Assembly: GCF_009914755.1 (NCBI RefSeq)
Contig: NC_060936.1
Direction: 5' to 3' (one strand)
Source: the human T2T-CHM13v2.0 reference genome, Homo sapiens
DNA length: 64,000 nucleotides
The notes under the pieces are model-generated. The model had not been told where the DNA came from and did no database searches. It saw only the letters and a program-made list of their open reading frames with translations. Shown here one piece after another: positions 44,763 through 58,979 of the stretch (position 1 is the first letter of the stretch; every line of letters starts with the position of its first letter). Made by a program: the position numbers and the translations under genes.

Positions 44763-47700
44763 AAATTACAGCATAATCTCATTGATAGGTGTATGGAAGA
44801 TAGTAAATAAATATTTAGTGATTAATCTTGACACTTTATGTAGGAAAATGAGAACATGTTTCTTCAAGCATTTATGCTTTCAGGTTTTCAGGTTTCATCT
44901 TTAAGTCTATCGAATAGAAATTTTAAAGAACATATTCATTTCATTGTGAAGTAGTTTTCTCAGAGTGGAATTATGTCCAAGAAATCTAATGGCTAGGTTA
45001 GGGGGGAATGTACTCTTCCCACACTTACACATTTAAGTGATTCGCAGGAGGAAAGAGAGTTTGGCTCTGTCCTCACAGTAGTTTCATGGAACTTCTGTTT
45101 CAGGGAAACTGATGGATGACCTTCAGTAAGTGACTCTTTATTACAGGCCCTGGTCTCTTAAAAGAACATTGATGAACAGGAATCAAATCCACAGAAATAA
45201 AAGGGAAAATTGCCACTGGCATTTATGCTTTTATTGTTTTCCCCATGTTTATAGATTAGTAGACATGTTGTTTAATACTTATTGAATGACCCTCTTATGT
45301 TGGGGCCTGTGGACATCATTTCCATGACATGGGCACTACCTTGTGTGTGTTTAGCCAAATCACAACCTGTGGTACTTTATTTGAAACGAAACAAAGCAAT
45401 CAAATAAACAACCACTGATAATAGATGTTTCTCTGCAGGGACTGCAGATAGTTTAAGCAATAGTTAATTTTACTAAGTGTACAAAAGCATATTTTGAGAG
45501 AGAAATAAAAACAAAAATAATACCTATTACTTTAAGCCACAGTTTCTGACCACTGTTGCAGTTGTGACTTTTCTTATATTCTTTCCCCCAGATAGCTTAT
45601 AGTACACATTAAGAAAATTAATGCAAGTATTTTGCACGTACGTTCTTGTAAAGCAAATATACACGTTCTGAAAAATTTCCAGCTCTCAAGTTTTGCCTTC
45701 CACTTGAGAGAATAACAGGAGAAAAATATGCTAACTTGATAACAGTTAATTTTATCTTTGAATTGCAATATCTGACAAAGGGAAATAATTTTTATCTCAC
45801 GCTGGGTGATTTTATACCATCAGCAGCATTGAGTAAGATCTTGTTTTTTATTAATCCTGACAACATACCCTAAAAGGGAAGTTCTGTGGGTGGATTTTTG
45901 ATTTTTACTTCACTTATAGATAAAACTGATAAAAAAAGATTGTGCCAAAAATAATCAGCTTCTCATAGAAGATTAAAATCTAAGACTAGGATGTATTAAC
46001 TAGAACAAATAATCAGATATAGAGGTAGGTAAAGGTGATATAGGGTGGAGGAGGTTATATGGAGTAGTAAGGACAGTTAACTGGAGAGGGTGAATTGAGG
46101 CAAAGAAAACGGGAAATGTTGATCTTTTAAGATGAATATTAACATCCATTTTCATATACTACCAAAAAAACACAGGATACAGGCTTTTAGTACATTCTTG
46201 GTACAATTTTTTTTTATTTGGGGAAATTGAATGTTTTAATTTCTTATTAACACATATCCAGGCTATATGTATAAATATGTGTTTCTAATAGCATTAACAT
46301 CTTATTTATGGTACAGGAATTTTTCTTTACAGCCACTCTAGGGAACAAACTAAAATACTGTTTAATAGCATTCCTCACAAGATTTTATATTCTCATCAAA
46401 GGTGCTGATTTTCTTACAAAGTTTTACCTTGGGAGAACAAAGGTGGTTTAGCAGTTATGTTGTCAACATTAAGTGATTGTCCCACGTTATGTAAAATTCA
46501 GCCATCATGTAAACATCAGTAAACCCAAAGTTACCAGGGCTGACAACTACAAAGAAAAAGCCTGGAATAATATTAGCGATATTAACTAAAATTATCTTAA
46601 AAGTCACAAAAATGAAACTTCTTGTCAGATTTGATTTTCTAGATCACAGAACTTTGTTTTTGCTTTTTGGCGGAGTTTTTTTTTCTCCTTTTTTGGTGGT
46701 GATGCATTGTGTAATAAGCGATTCTTGGAAAACTCTTAAGTGTTACAAGTTAAAGCTTATTCTTATTGGAAATCTGCAGGTTATCAAACTTGCATCAAAA
46801 TAGTTTGCTCGCTGAGTTCTGTGGTGTTGTGTTTAAATACTTCTGGGTGACAATTTCCACTTGGATCTCTACAACTATTTCCATTTTAGAATTTTGTAAT
46901 CATATTCTTTGTTTTCAAATCATTTTAACCCTGAATTTAGAGAAAGTTGTTTACATAGTATCAGCGATACACACTTAAAAGGGTATTTTTTTTTTTAAGT
47001 TTAGGAGGAAAAACCTCTCAGAAAATTGTGGGTGAGACAAACAGATGGAGTAGAAATCACAAAAATAAACTACATCATGATCAGTCAGGAAGATGTAGCG
47101 CAAACAGATATAAAAGCTCTAGTTCTCAAAGGACTGGGAGCAGAGGAGAGGAAAGAAGTTGTCTATCAAAGATGATGATTGGAAAATATAGAAAAGACCA
47201 TCTCATGAAGCAAAAAGAACATGGCCATTGAAGCCATGTTGAAGTTAGAAACGTGCAGTGAATGTTTTTTTTGTTTGTTTGTTAGTGGGAATGAATGATG
47301 ATTTGGGTGACCGACAGGTCTTAACTCCACTTTTACCACTCATTGTCCCTATTCAGGTGTACGGTGACTTAGTGCCATAACTTTGGTGACATTTCTCTTC
47401 TGGTGCCTCAAAAATATGGTAGTATATGCACAATTATTGCATTTTCAGGCCTTTGCATGAGTTTTTAAAGAGTACTCCAATTAACTATAAGTTTAGGAAA
47501 TGTAATCCTAGGACAATTTAGTTTTCTTTTTCGTGGAGAAATACAGCATGACTTCAAACAAGTTTTGCTAAATAGTGAATTTGCAGCAGCCAGTTTTGTT
47601 TTATAGTGATTATGGCAACCTTGTGTATAGTGAATTTTTAATTAATATTTCTAAAATAAATGAAAACATTATAATTTATGAACTTACTTAAGAGTTTCAT

Positions 47701-50219
47701 TTATTCAAGTAAGCTTTGCTGAACCAGTGTGTCTTGAGGAAATCTGTTAATCCATAATAAAATATAGCAGCCCTTGAGGAATTAGTGAAATTATATCTAA
47801 AGCATGAATAATAAAGCCAAGAAGCCTTTTGTTTTATTTATGCTATTCCCCTGCTTTCAGGCTTTTCTGTTTTGAAAGCGTACAGCTAAGTTGAGATTCC
47901 CAACTTTTAATGTCCATGATACCTTATTGTAGGACAGCATATTATTACTTTGACTGTAAACTGAAATTACTGGATGAGGAATAATTTGTCATGTTGTCAT
48001 TACTTAAGGAGAAGATAGTATTTAAATATTGACTTTTTCATACAGGAACATGTGTTCTCATTCTCTAGGCATGTGACTACTCCCCCCCACTTCCTCCCTT
48101 TTTTCTTTTCTTTTTTTCTCTTATCACATGGAACTTTTGGGCTCAGGAGTGATTCTGTCTCATGCAGCTTAGGGATCTGAAATTTACATAAGGACTTTAA
48201 TAGAAGCTTATGACACATGATATGACCAGGCTTTTCACTATGTTTTGCCATTTATTTGGCTTAAAATCAATGGAACAAACTGAACTTGGCATTACTATTT
48301 CTGTTCAAAAAGAAGAAAAATATATAATTTTACTGTTTTTTATGTTTTGGTCTTGGCACTGTGGCTTTTGTTTATGGAAAAAGACAAGAGAGGAAAAAAG
48401 CATTATTTTAACTTCACATGATAAATAATCATACCAAACTGATATTTCCTTAAAAAGTATTTGTTCGTTTTTCTTATTACAATGAGTATTGCTAGTAATT
48501 CAGTGCAAGTTTGAAATGATATACTGGTAATATCTTCTTTAAATAGCATTATAGGTTTAAGTACATCACCAACATCATAACTTTATAGAGATATTGCATT
48601 AGAATTCATCTAGTTTCTGTACTTATTCATGAATAAGAGATGCTTATGTAGATGTTATTTCTTGTTGACAAATTCTATTAGCATAAAATAAAAGCATTAA
48701 TATTTACTTTTAATAAAAGTCATAACATTTAGCGTTAAGTTCCTTTATAAGTAAGTGCTTTATGGACATTATTAACTAATTTAAAACATCAACTATTTTT
48801 ATCTGGAGTGAATTTCTGCCAATATTAATTAGGAAAAATAGGGATATAAATAACGTCTATGGCTTCTAAATATTTAAAAGACATTCTATGTTCGTCATTT
48901 TATGCACTGGTGGTTGTGGAACTTTTAATCAGTGGATACAGCATTGGAAGTAATATTTTTGGGAATGAACAGTGTTATACATATTATATGCATAGCTAGA
49001 AGCATAGGAGAGGCTGTCATTTGTTATACTAGATATCAAATTGTTGAACCCGTCTCTCTTTTCATGTGACACAACATTTCAAACATGCAGCACAGTATAG
49101 TGAATAATGTACAAAAGCTAGGTAGATTTAATGAATATTAAAATTTTCTGTATTTGATGCAGTATTTTTGTTGATAGCTATACGACTGCTTAGAAATAAT
49201 CTCATTAAACTTTTTCATAATGTATACATTATTCCCATTAATAGATATATACTTCATTAAATTTATTTTACTATGTTTGACCTTTTGGGAATTTAGAGAA
49301 TATGGATAAAGAAGTAGTTTAGAGAGCATGGAAAAGAATTAGAGGAAATGGAAAGGATTAATTTTCAAAGAGACAAGCAAAATTGGTTGATTTTAATTTT
49401 TAAAGGCTGAGTACATTGATAAATGTGGATACAAGTAATAACTGTTTTAATACCACCTGGAAAAAGCTGGCATATGGCCACCACATTAATAAATATGTGT
49501 GTATAAATGGGTTATTCTAAATGAATGAGTGTTGTCATAAGCATGCCTTATATTAAAAATAAAATCATTATCTTTATGGAGATATAAAAAAAGTAAGATA
49601 TTTTATTAACATTATTCTTTTCCAAATATGCTAACTTTGGTAACCACATTTAAAGTCTTTTTGAAATCATGTTTTAAAAAATCATCCCTATGATGGTCAC
49701 CAGATTAACTTCTTAATATCAGCTTCATTTAGAGAAACTATGAAATTGGAAAACTGATATTATGTATTGCTTCACTGTCTTCTACAAATACTTTCTGTAC
49801 ATTGTATATAAATCATGTGCTTAAAAGATAAAGATGTTCTATATATTTTTATTTTAAAAGTTTATTTATTTATGAGGGAATTAGGGTTACAATAGTATGT
49901 CTCTCTCTTCTTTCATAACCTTGTAAGGAGTGTCCTGTTCGCAGCAGAATAGTTTTTGCAGAACAAAATCACAGGATAAGAGAAGAATTGTAAAACCCAT
50001 TAAGGCATTACCCTATTTAATATTTTTATCATTAATTAATATGCCCCTCATAATGCACATTTACATTTTGACATCAAAAAGAAGAATATGTAGCTAATGT
50101 ATGAATGATAGAATACAGATTTAGAAAGCTTTCTCATTAACCTTCAGTTAAAATACTAAACTAAGAAGATTCAAGAGGAGAAAATAAAATTTTGCACTTA
50201 AGTTTTTAATAAAACTTCA

Positions 50220-51070
<851 letters not shown>

Positions 51071-51879
51071 TATGAAATAGGTTAAATGATTGTGCATAGA
51101 GAAGTGTCTGTTAGAGTAGATGAGCCAACTTCGTAAGCATTCATTTTTTTGTTTCTGAGCAGTCATGAACAGACCAAGATATGAAAATCTTAATCTCCTA
51201 AATTATTGTGTGTCTCAGTGTACCTCAGAGAAGAGTCCTGTAACTATGCTCTTCATTTAATGGAAATTTCCAAATCTAGGCAAACCATGAGTCTTAAGCT
51301 CAGATCTAGGCTGTCTTCTGTACAGACTAGAATTGTCAGCTCCCCTTGAGGAGCTGTTTTTAAAGCAGTCATTCCTATGGACTAGCAGTATCCATTCAGT
51401 ATCAGCTAGTGAACTTATTAGACGTTCTGATGGACAGTGTTTTAGATGAAACTAGAAAAGTCTTCCTTTTAAGAAGTTTCCCAGGTGATGTGACAAGTGT
51501 TCATGTTATGATAGCATCAGCTTAAATGTGTCAGTATGGATGATGATTGGATTTCGGTACTTAAAGTAATCTTTGTATTGCTTCTGCCTAAAATTCTAGA
51601 GTTAGAGCTAAATTTCTTTACTACTTCATGTTTGTTCATCCATGAATTGTGGGAGCTTATATTGTAAACTGATCTCAGTCATATATTCATTAGTATGGAT
51701 GAAAGATAATGAGAATAATGTTTGATGAGGAAATGAGGGAAAATAAATGTGGGTACTGAGTACTGTGTTGAAAGACAGGGAAACAGCATTGAGGATTGAT
51801 ACAGGTCTCTCTTCTCACAGCCTCTGGCACCACAGCAATAATATTGTAAACTCTAAGGAGAGCCATTTACATTATAGTG

Positions 51880-51945
51880 TACATGAATGCTGACCCCCCT
51901 GGAGTTGTGCAGCGCACAACACTCACAACTGCATACATGATCCTT
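51880..51945 (-). mobile_element. MER91-like hAT relic
   Basis: ATGAATGCTGACCCCCTGGAGTTGTGCAGCGCACAAC with the GTTGTGC-N3-GCACAAC palindrome. Confidence 0.5.
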
Positions 51946-54900
51946 TTAAGCCCTTTACATCTACTTCTGTACTTAGAATTACTTCCAAAGCCTAAACTTG
52001 AATCCTACATTCTGATTAACTCTCAGGAAAACAAAACAAGGCCTGTTTTTTTCTGACTCCTAGCTTTTCTACCAGTATCTTACCTCTCTGTCTAAAGTAG
52101 ATCAAATATCCTGTACTCTGGGTGGCATCATGTTATTTCACTCCTCTGGGCCTTTACAAGTACATTGTTTCAACTTTTAATAAATCTTAAATACAACTGA
52201 AACATTATTTGAGTCCCAGCTCTAAGCACTGTTTTCGTAACACATTTTACATCCATAATGCATTTATCATAGAACTTAGAACACTATGCAAAATTTCCCA
52301 CTAGACTAAAGCTTCTAGTATCCAAGTACTACTTCATTTGACTCTCCAATAGTGATTGCCACCCATAAGTTGTTCAGGAAATGTTGAATCAATGAATGAG
52401 AGTGGGGCATAAAATGGGAAATTTGAGCACACAGAACTTTCATTTAACCTACTTCACTATTTGACTATGGTGTGGCCTTGCTTTTAATTGGAGGATAGCT
52501 GGAGTTGCAATCAGTATTCATGAAAGCATGTTTTTAAAAAAATGAGAATCAGTCTAACAGAATCTGAACTTTAAAGAACATCTCATTACTGATTATACAT
52601 GGTGACGATATTTTCCAAATCGTGGAGCTTCTACTGGGAAAAGGTATGAATAACCTTTTTGTTCTATAATGATTTTCAACAGAAATTATATTAGAGAAGG
52701 ACAGTTGAAAGCCTTTTAAAAATAAATTCATAAAGTAATCCAAATCAAGTTTATGATAAACTGGCTCAGTGTATTTATTAAATGTATTTTTAGTTAATTT
52801 TTAATGAGTTATAAAAATATGACCTGGGACCAAAAAACTTCCCAGTAAAAGTTCTAGAATGATTTTTTAAGATGTTACAAAACTATCTTAGAATGTTAAA
52901 CAGAATATTTTATTAACTTAGAACTGTTCACTAAACTCCCAAATGAAAACCAGATCTTTCCATCTCAGTAAAATACTAAAGTATCATGAAACTTTATAAT
53001 CCTTATCTAGCACCAAATCTACATTTATCTAAAGATTGACAATGTCCATCCTTCTGCATTTTTTCCTATTTTCCTCGTGGATTAGTAGCATATTTAGAAT
53101 TTTTGAGGTTTCATGCTAAAATTTATGAAGGAAAATGAAATATATAATACCCCGTCACAGTAGAAGGGAATACTAAACATCTGTTCAAAGAATAACTCGT
53201 TGAGCAGACAAGTCATTTAAATATAAAATATGCAAATTATACAAGTGATTTTAGTGCTTTGGACAAGATTATTCACTGCCACGGTCCTTCCAATTCTGAA
53301 GTTCGTGCATGTATTTTATGTTTTACTTAGAATAAGTTATTTTTGTAAATGTATGAAATACCAAATCAGAAATGCCAATATATAATATCTTCCCCCCATA
53401 CTGTACTGATTGGTATTCATCAGTAACTACCAGTCAAATGACTAGTCTACATTTCTAAACACACTGAAATTTCCAAACTTGGGAGTTGGTTCATTTGAGA
53501 GTGAAGTGCTTAACTGGTGATACTTGTGTCTTTTTAAAAACTGACTTTGATGGTAAGTTTTTCGTATTTTATAAGTAATTTTTCATTGCTTCCTGTAACA
53601 AAACATAAAAGATTTAAAATAAAATACTTAAAATATACCTTGAATTAATTAAAGGAAAAAGAAAGCAACATTAATTGAATATGTATTTTTGCCATATATT
53701 GTGCTAAGTACTTTTTTCACAGAATTTATTTTAATCTACAAAATAATTTCTGAGAATAGATAATTTATTTACTCAGTTAAGGTTTTGGGGCATCTCCTGT
53801 GTGTAGGCACAGTGCTGGTGGTGAAGCAGTTCCATGGGAAACAGGACAGATGAACTTTTGGTTCTCATGAAGCTCGTATTCTAGAATTCTAGATATTATT
53901 ATTATACCTTTACCTATGAAGAGACAGACTTGAATAGTTGTTATGACTTGCTGAAGTCACTGAGCTAGAAAGAGGTAAGACTGTGTTCAAATGCAAGACT
54001 AAGATGCAAGACTGTTTTCAAATGCAGGACAAACGCAAGAGGTAAGACTGTTCTAATTTGAAAAAGCCACTTTCGTCTCTTCTGTGCTATATTCCCTTCC
54101 CCAACATATATTTAAGATGTGATTTATCATGAAGATATCCAAACACTTTACCATATAAGGTCAAAATTCAGTTTTTTTATACTGATGCTAATTATGATCA
54201 TTTAAAATAAATTCATTTTTATTTAATTATTTGCTAAACCTGAATTTTAATTAGAAACATAATCCCTATATTGTGATAGAGATTATAAATTGAGTCTCAG
54301 AAATTTAAATAACTACAAGGTCAATCTTCGAGTAGTGGGTTTTCCAAACAGTCTTGTAAATGTGCAGGAAAACAAAAACATTTCAGAATTGCTTTTCTGA
54401 CAAAAAGAAAAAATGGAGATTTCAGCCCACGGAAATATAGCCCTGCATTTTCTGCTTCTAAGCCTGCCTTATGTAAATTAGATTTATTATGTCCAGTACA
54501 TGAAGAAATTCCATGCCAAACCTATATAGCTCTTTAAGCTTTCTACTTCACCACATTTGCAGCGGGACTGTTAAGTAAGTTAGTTTATTTGGAGTAGAAA
54601 TTACCTCTGAATATGAACTTTGGAAGACTTCTAAAAGTGATATAACCTCTCATTTAACCAGCACGAGGTCCATGGGGGTAAAATTTACTATACCTGGTCT
54701 TCTTAAAGCTGCACATCTGTGAAAGCAAAAGGTTATAATTAAGTTTTTCTGGAATTTCATGAAATTACACATTTTAAAGTATAGTCCTGCAGGACTTCAC
54801 ATTAACTGAAATCAAAGACAGCCTGGTACAGTGGTGAAGAGAATGATCTTTGAAATAATAAAAATTCCAAGTCCACCACTGAATGTATACGTGACCTTAA

Positions 54901-56458
54901 TGAGATATTTAACCTTTGGAAGTAATGCTTTTTCATCTAGAAAGTGAGTCAGTATCTACTTTGAAAGTTTGTTCTGTGGATACAATACGTTGGAAGACAT
55001 TAAATTAAAAAGTATGTGGAATAAACACTCTTATTTAGATGATAGCTTTCATCATTATCATTATCATCACCATCACCATCAACATCATCATCTTGCTCCC
55101 ACCACCACCAGCTCCACCTGTATATCATGCTATACAAGTATGCTCAGCATGATGAGCCCAGGCCTTCTTTTCTCTGATCCTTCAGAAAATGACTTACATG
55201 ATGCCCTTGGACCATAGAGGATCAACTTACAAGGTCACATTTGTCTCACTGTCCCTAATATAGCAATATGTAGCATCTTCTAATCTTTTTCTCCCACAAA
55301 CGGCAAGATATCTCAATATCATCCTACAGTAAAGGGAGATTATACTGCCTCATAATCTATTCTACCAAAATGATTGTTAGGAGGATCCCACCATTACACA
55401 GATTTTTTGTTCATACTTTAGAGATGGCATCGAAACCAAGCCCCCAAATGGAAATATCTTCCTTCCAAGTTTCTATAAATGCCATTGGACATACTATTTA
55501 TTGAGTTAACTTTGACTACATGAGTAAGACAAATTATTTGTCTTAAGTTGGAATGCCTGTTTTTCAAGTAATTTATGAGGAGGAATATAATATTATCCAC
55601 AAAGTATTCCTTAGGAATTTTCAGTGGGAATAGTAATTTTGATGTCCTGTATCTTATTTTTATGAAAGAAATTAAGACAAAGTTGTTCTTACTAAAATTG
55701 GATTTACTTTTTAATCGACATTCTTATTAGTTAGCATCAAACAAAATGTTACTTAAGTAAATTTCAGCTTACCTAATTTATCTTATTTAACTCTTTCATT
55801 ATGGCTAATATAGTATTTGGAATTAAGCTATAAAATTAATTAAGATTAAGCTGTAAGAAAAAGTTCTGACTAAAATTAGGAGGGAAAAATAAAGCTCTGA
55901 TTAAATAAACAATTACAGAAAACTAAATTTTAACTCTAAGATAAATTTGCCTTGCAACTTGGTTTTGATGTACAATTTGTGTATTAGCTGATTAGGTAAC
56001 TTCAAAAGTCATCAGCTGTCTACTGGTTACAATACAGGGAACATTTGGGAATCTAACCTATTAACACATAATTTAATAGGTAACACATATTACTCTCTAA
56101 GATTGTTTGGGATCATCTACAGACTTTCATCCAAGTGAAAAAGAGTTCTACTTCATTCTGAGTTAGGTCACAAGGTCCTGTTAATTTTAGCTGTTTATAA
56201 ATTTTCACTGAGAAGCTGTTCTTTCATCCTCCTATTTTTTTTTAAGCTCAAAGTTCTTGATTTAATCTGATAAATGAGCTCAAGTTACAGATTCTAATCT
56301 GATAATTTTTAGTTTCTTATGCACCTGATTGAAATAAGGGTCTTTTTTAAAAAAATGTAGCACAAAACCCAATGCAAAACAACTAAGAAATTTGGTCAAT
56401 ATTTGTATATGTACACAAAGAACTTACACCTAAAACCTATTGCTATATCTTAATTTGA

Positions 56459-56660
56459 ACTTTTTAAAAAATTGATTAATTTTTGTGGGCGCATAGTAAG
56501 TGTATATGTTTATAGGGTACATGAAATATTTTGATATAGGTATGCAATTCGTAACAGGCACATTATGGAAAATGAGGTATCCATCCCCTCAAGCATTTAT
56601 CCTTTGAGTTAAAAATAATCCAATTATACTCTTTTAGTTATTTTTAAATGTAGAATTATT
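56459..56660 (-). mobile_element. L1MA2/3-like 3' end fragment
   Basis: GGGTACATGAAATATTTTGATATAGG...GGTATCCATCCCCTCAAGCATTTATCCTTTG...AATCCAATTATACTCTTTTAGTTATTTTTAAATGTA. Confidence 0.8.
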
Positions 56661-57950
56661 AATTTGCATTTTTATTATACTAATCTATAAAATGAATACT
56701 ATTGAGAGAATTGCTTAAATTTTAGCATTACCAGTCTTTAAGTTTTCTAAATATGGTTTTGGAGTGAAATATTATCTTACCTTTCCAAAGCAAGGAATTT
56801 GCAAACAAGATTAGTCTCAAGTATTAATTGAAGTATGAGTACTATTTCATATGTTACAATTTTTATATTATCTATTGAATGTTAGATTGGCAGGAAATAG
56901 CAAAATTGACTAAAATAGAGATGTGAACATCCTGAAATAAAGACAGTACTATATACAACTAATTAAAAACAGAGGGATGAGTAGTTTGGCAGAAGCATTA
57001 AGATATCTGGAAAATGAAATAAGAATTGCCTTGGTCTTACATGATGTGAAAGGACTATATCCACTACTAGCAATAAACAGAAAAGAGAAACTGACTTTCA
57101 GCATTAAGCATTCACTGGTGGAAATGAAGTTAGACAGTTTTCATTTTAAGTGTGCTCAATTTACGGATATTCACGGAAATATAATTTGTCAAGTAGAACA
57201 ATCTTCTTGTCAGTTACAGAAAAGATATTGATAATGAGAATGTTATTTATCTTCCCTTAGCCATGTGCTATTATGGGCTCAGATTGGCTTCTCGTTTTTT
57301 AAATGGAATGTGTCCAGTTGACAGAATACAAGATTCAGCAACCTAGAGAGTAACATGGAATTTTACAAAGAAATAAAAGGATAAGTTGGAAACATGAAGT
57401 TTTTTTTTTTTAAACTAAACCAGGTGAGGTCCCCCAAATACAATGAAGAGATTGAGGAGTTAGCACCCTCCAATACATCACAGGTGCAGCAAATGCAATA
57501 CCACTGTATTAGAAGTACTTTAGAGGGGGAAAATATTAAATCTTCCCATGGTAACAAGTAGAAACTGGAATAAAGACTACTCAGATTATACATGAACCAC
57601 CCCCACCCCCAAACAAGGAATTACAGAAGAGTTTTCTAATTTTAAAGAGCTGGCTAGAGCCAAGTTACATGAATAGGTGTGAAACAGTGGTGCTTTGGGC
57701 ACCCAGTGACTAGGTGAGCATGGCCAAGAACAGCATTCTAGAGCACGCAATCCATGTGGGTCAAGAGTGTTGAAATATGATGAAATGGTGGGTTAGGTAG
57801 GAATCACTGATACATACCTTGTTTGCCCTGCTAAGGACCTGGGAATTCACCCAGTAGATAATAAAGAACAATCAAAGGATTTTAAGTAAAGAAGGTTTGC
57901 TACATTTAATGCCCCTCTCCTCACAGTGTTATTGAACTGTCAATAATATC

Positions 57951-57993
57951 AACACACATTAAACTGAACCGCATATTCAGTTTAATGTGTGTT
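57951..57993. repeat. Perfect 18-bp inverted repeat, 7-nt spacer
   Basis: AACACACATTAAACTGAA-CCGCATA-TTCAGTTTAATGTGTGTT. Confidence 0.95.
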
Positions 57994-58944
57994 TTTGTAT
58001 AATTTGAACAAGGCTGGAAACCAGGAGACCTGAACTCAGATTCCAGCTGGCTTAGCCCCAAATGAGCTGGGTAATCTTGGACCAGTCAAATAATCTCTTT
58101 ATGTTCATTATGTTGAACTAGTCAAATAACATCTTTATGTTCCAGTTTTGTTAATTTTAAAAAAGAATGAATCTAGCTTGGATTACCTCTACTATCTCTT
58201 CTTCTTTTATTTTGTGGTTGTGTTCTGTGGCACAGAAATGGAATTTAACACATACAGGAAATGTGCAGTCATTTTATTTACCAAACACGGGACGGGCCAG
58301 GGGAGAAGCATTTGTTTTCTTGTATAATTAAGAGAAAGCTGTTGAAAATATAAAGACAATTGAAGTAGTAGTTTTCAAAAGATGGGAAGGAAGTAGAGGT
58401 GTGAATTCGGAAACAAGCTAGTAACAAACGTAGGTTTGAAAAATTTACCAGAGTGGGAGAGGGGCAGTCCTGTGAGAATTCCACTCATTTCGTTACATGT
58501 TCCAGGGAGAAACTGGATAGGTTAGGGTCAATGAAGTCGGAAGAAATTCTTAAAGATCACTTATGCATTAGGTTTCACTTTGTCTCTAGGAGTTTCACAC
58601 TATTCCAAAAGAGTACAAGGCAGGAGTTAGTCTAATATGCTCCCCAGAGAAGGCTTCATAAATAAGCTATATTCTTTATGATCTTTATTTTCAATTCAAG
58701 GACCGTGTCAGGATAGACAAGGTGGTACTGCAGTATTAAACAGACCCCAGTTCTCAAAACAGGGAGGTTGATTTGTTGCTCCATACTTTGGCTAGGGCTC
58801 TGTTCTGTATCGTCCTCACTCTGAGACAGAGATGGTGGGGCAGCCACCGCCTAAGACATTATTAATCACCGTGGCAGAAGGAAGGAGAATTCTATTGGGT
58901 ATGGCTTTGGCAGTTAAGTGTCACGTTCTGGAGTAATACAACTA

Positions 58945-58946
<2 letters not shown>

Positions 58947-58974
<28 letters not shown>
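58947..58974. repeat. (AC)14 microsatellite
   Basis: Direct reading. Confidence 0.95.

Positions 58975-58979
<5 letters not shown>

Noticed and set aside
54969-55217. His-rich ORF
   Set aside because: Comes from a degenerate (CAT/CAC)n repeat next to a MIR-like relic; non-ATG start and no splice support.
58084-58143. Small imperfect duplications (also ~10699-10755 and 36100-36131)
   Set aside because: Common slippage products with only two units; not arrays.
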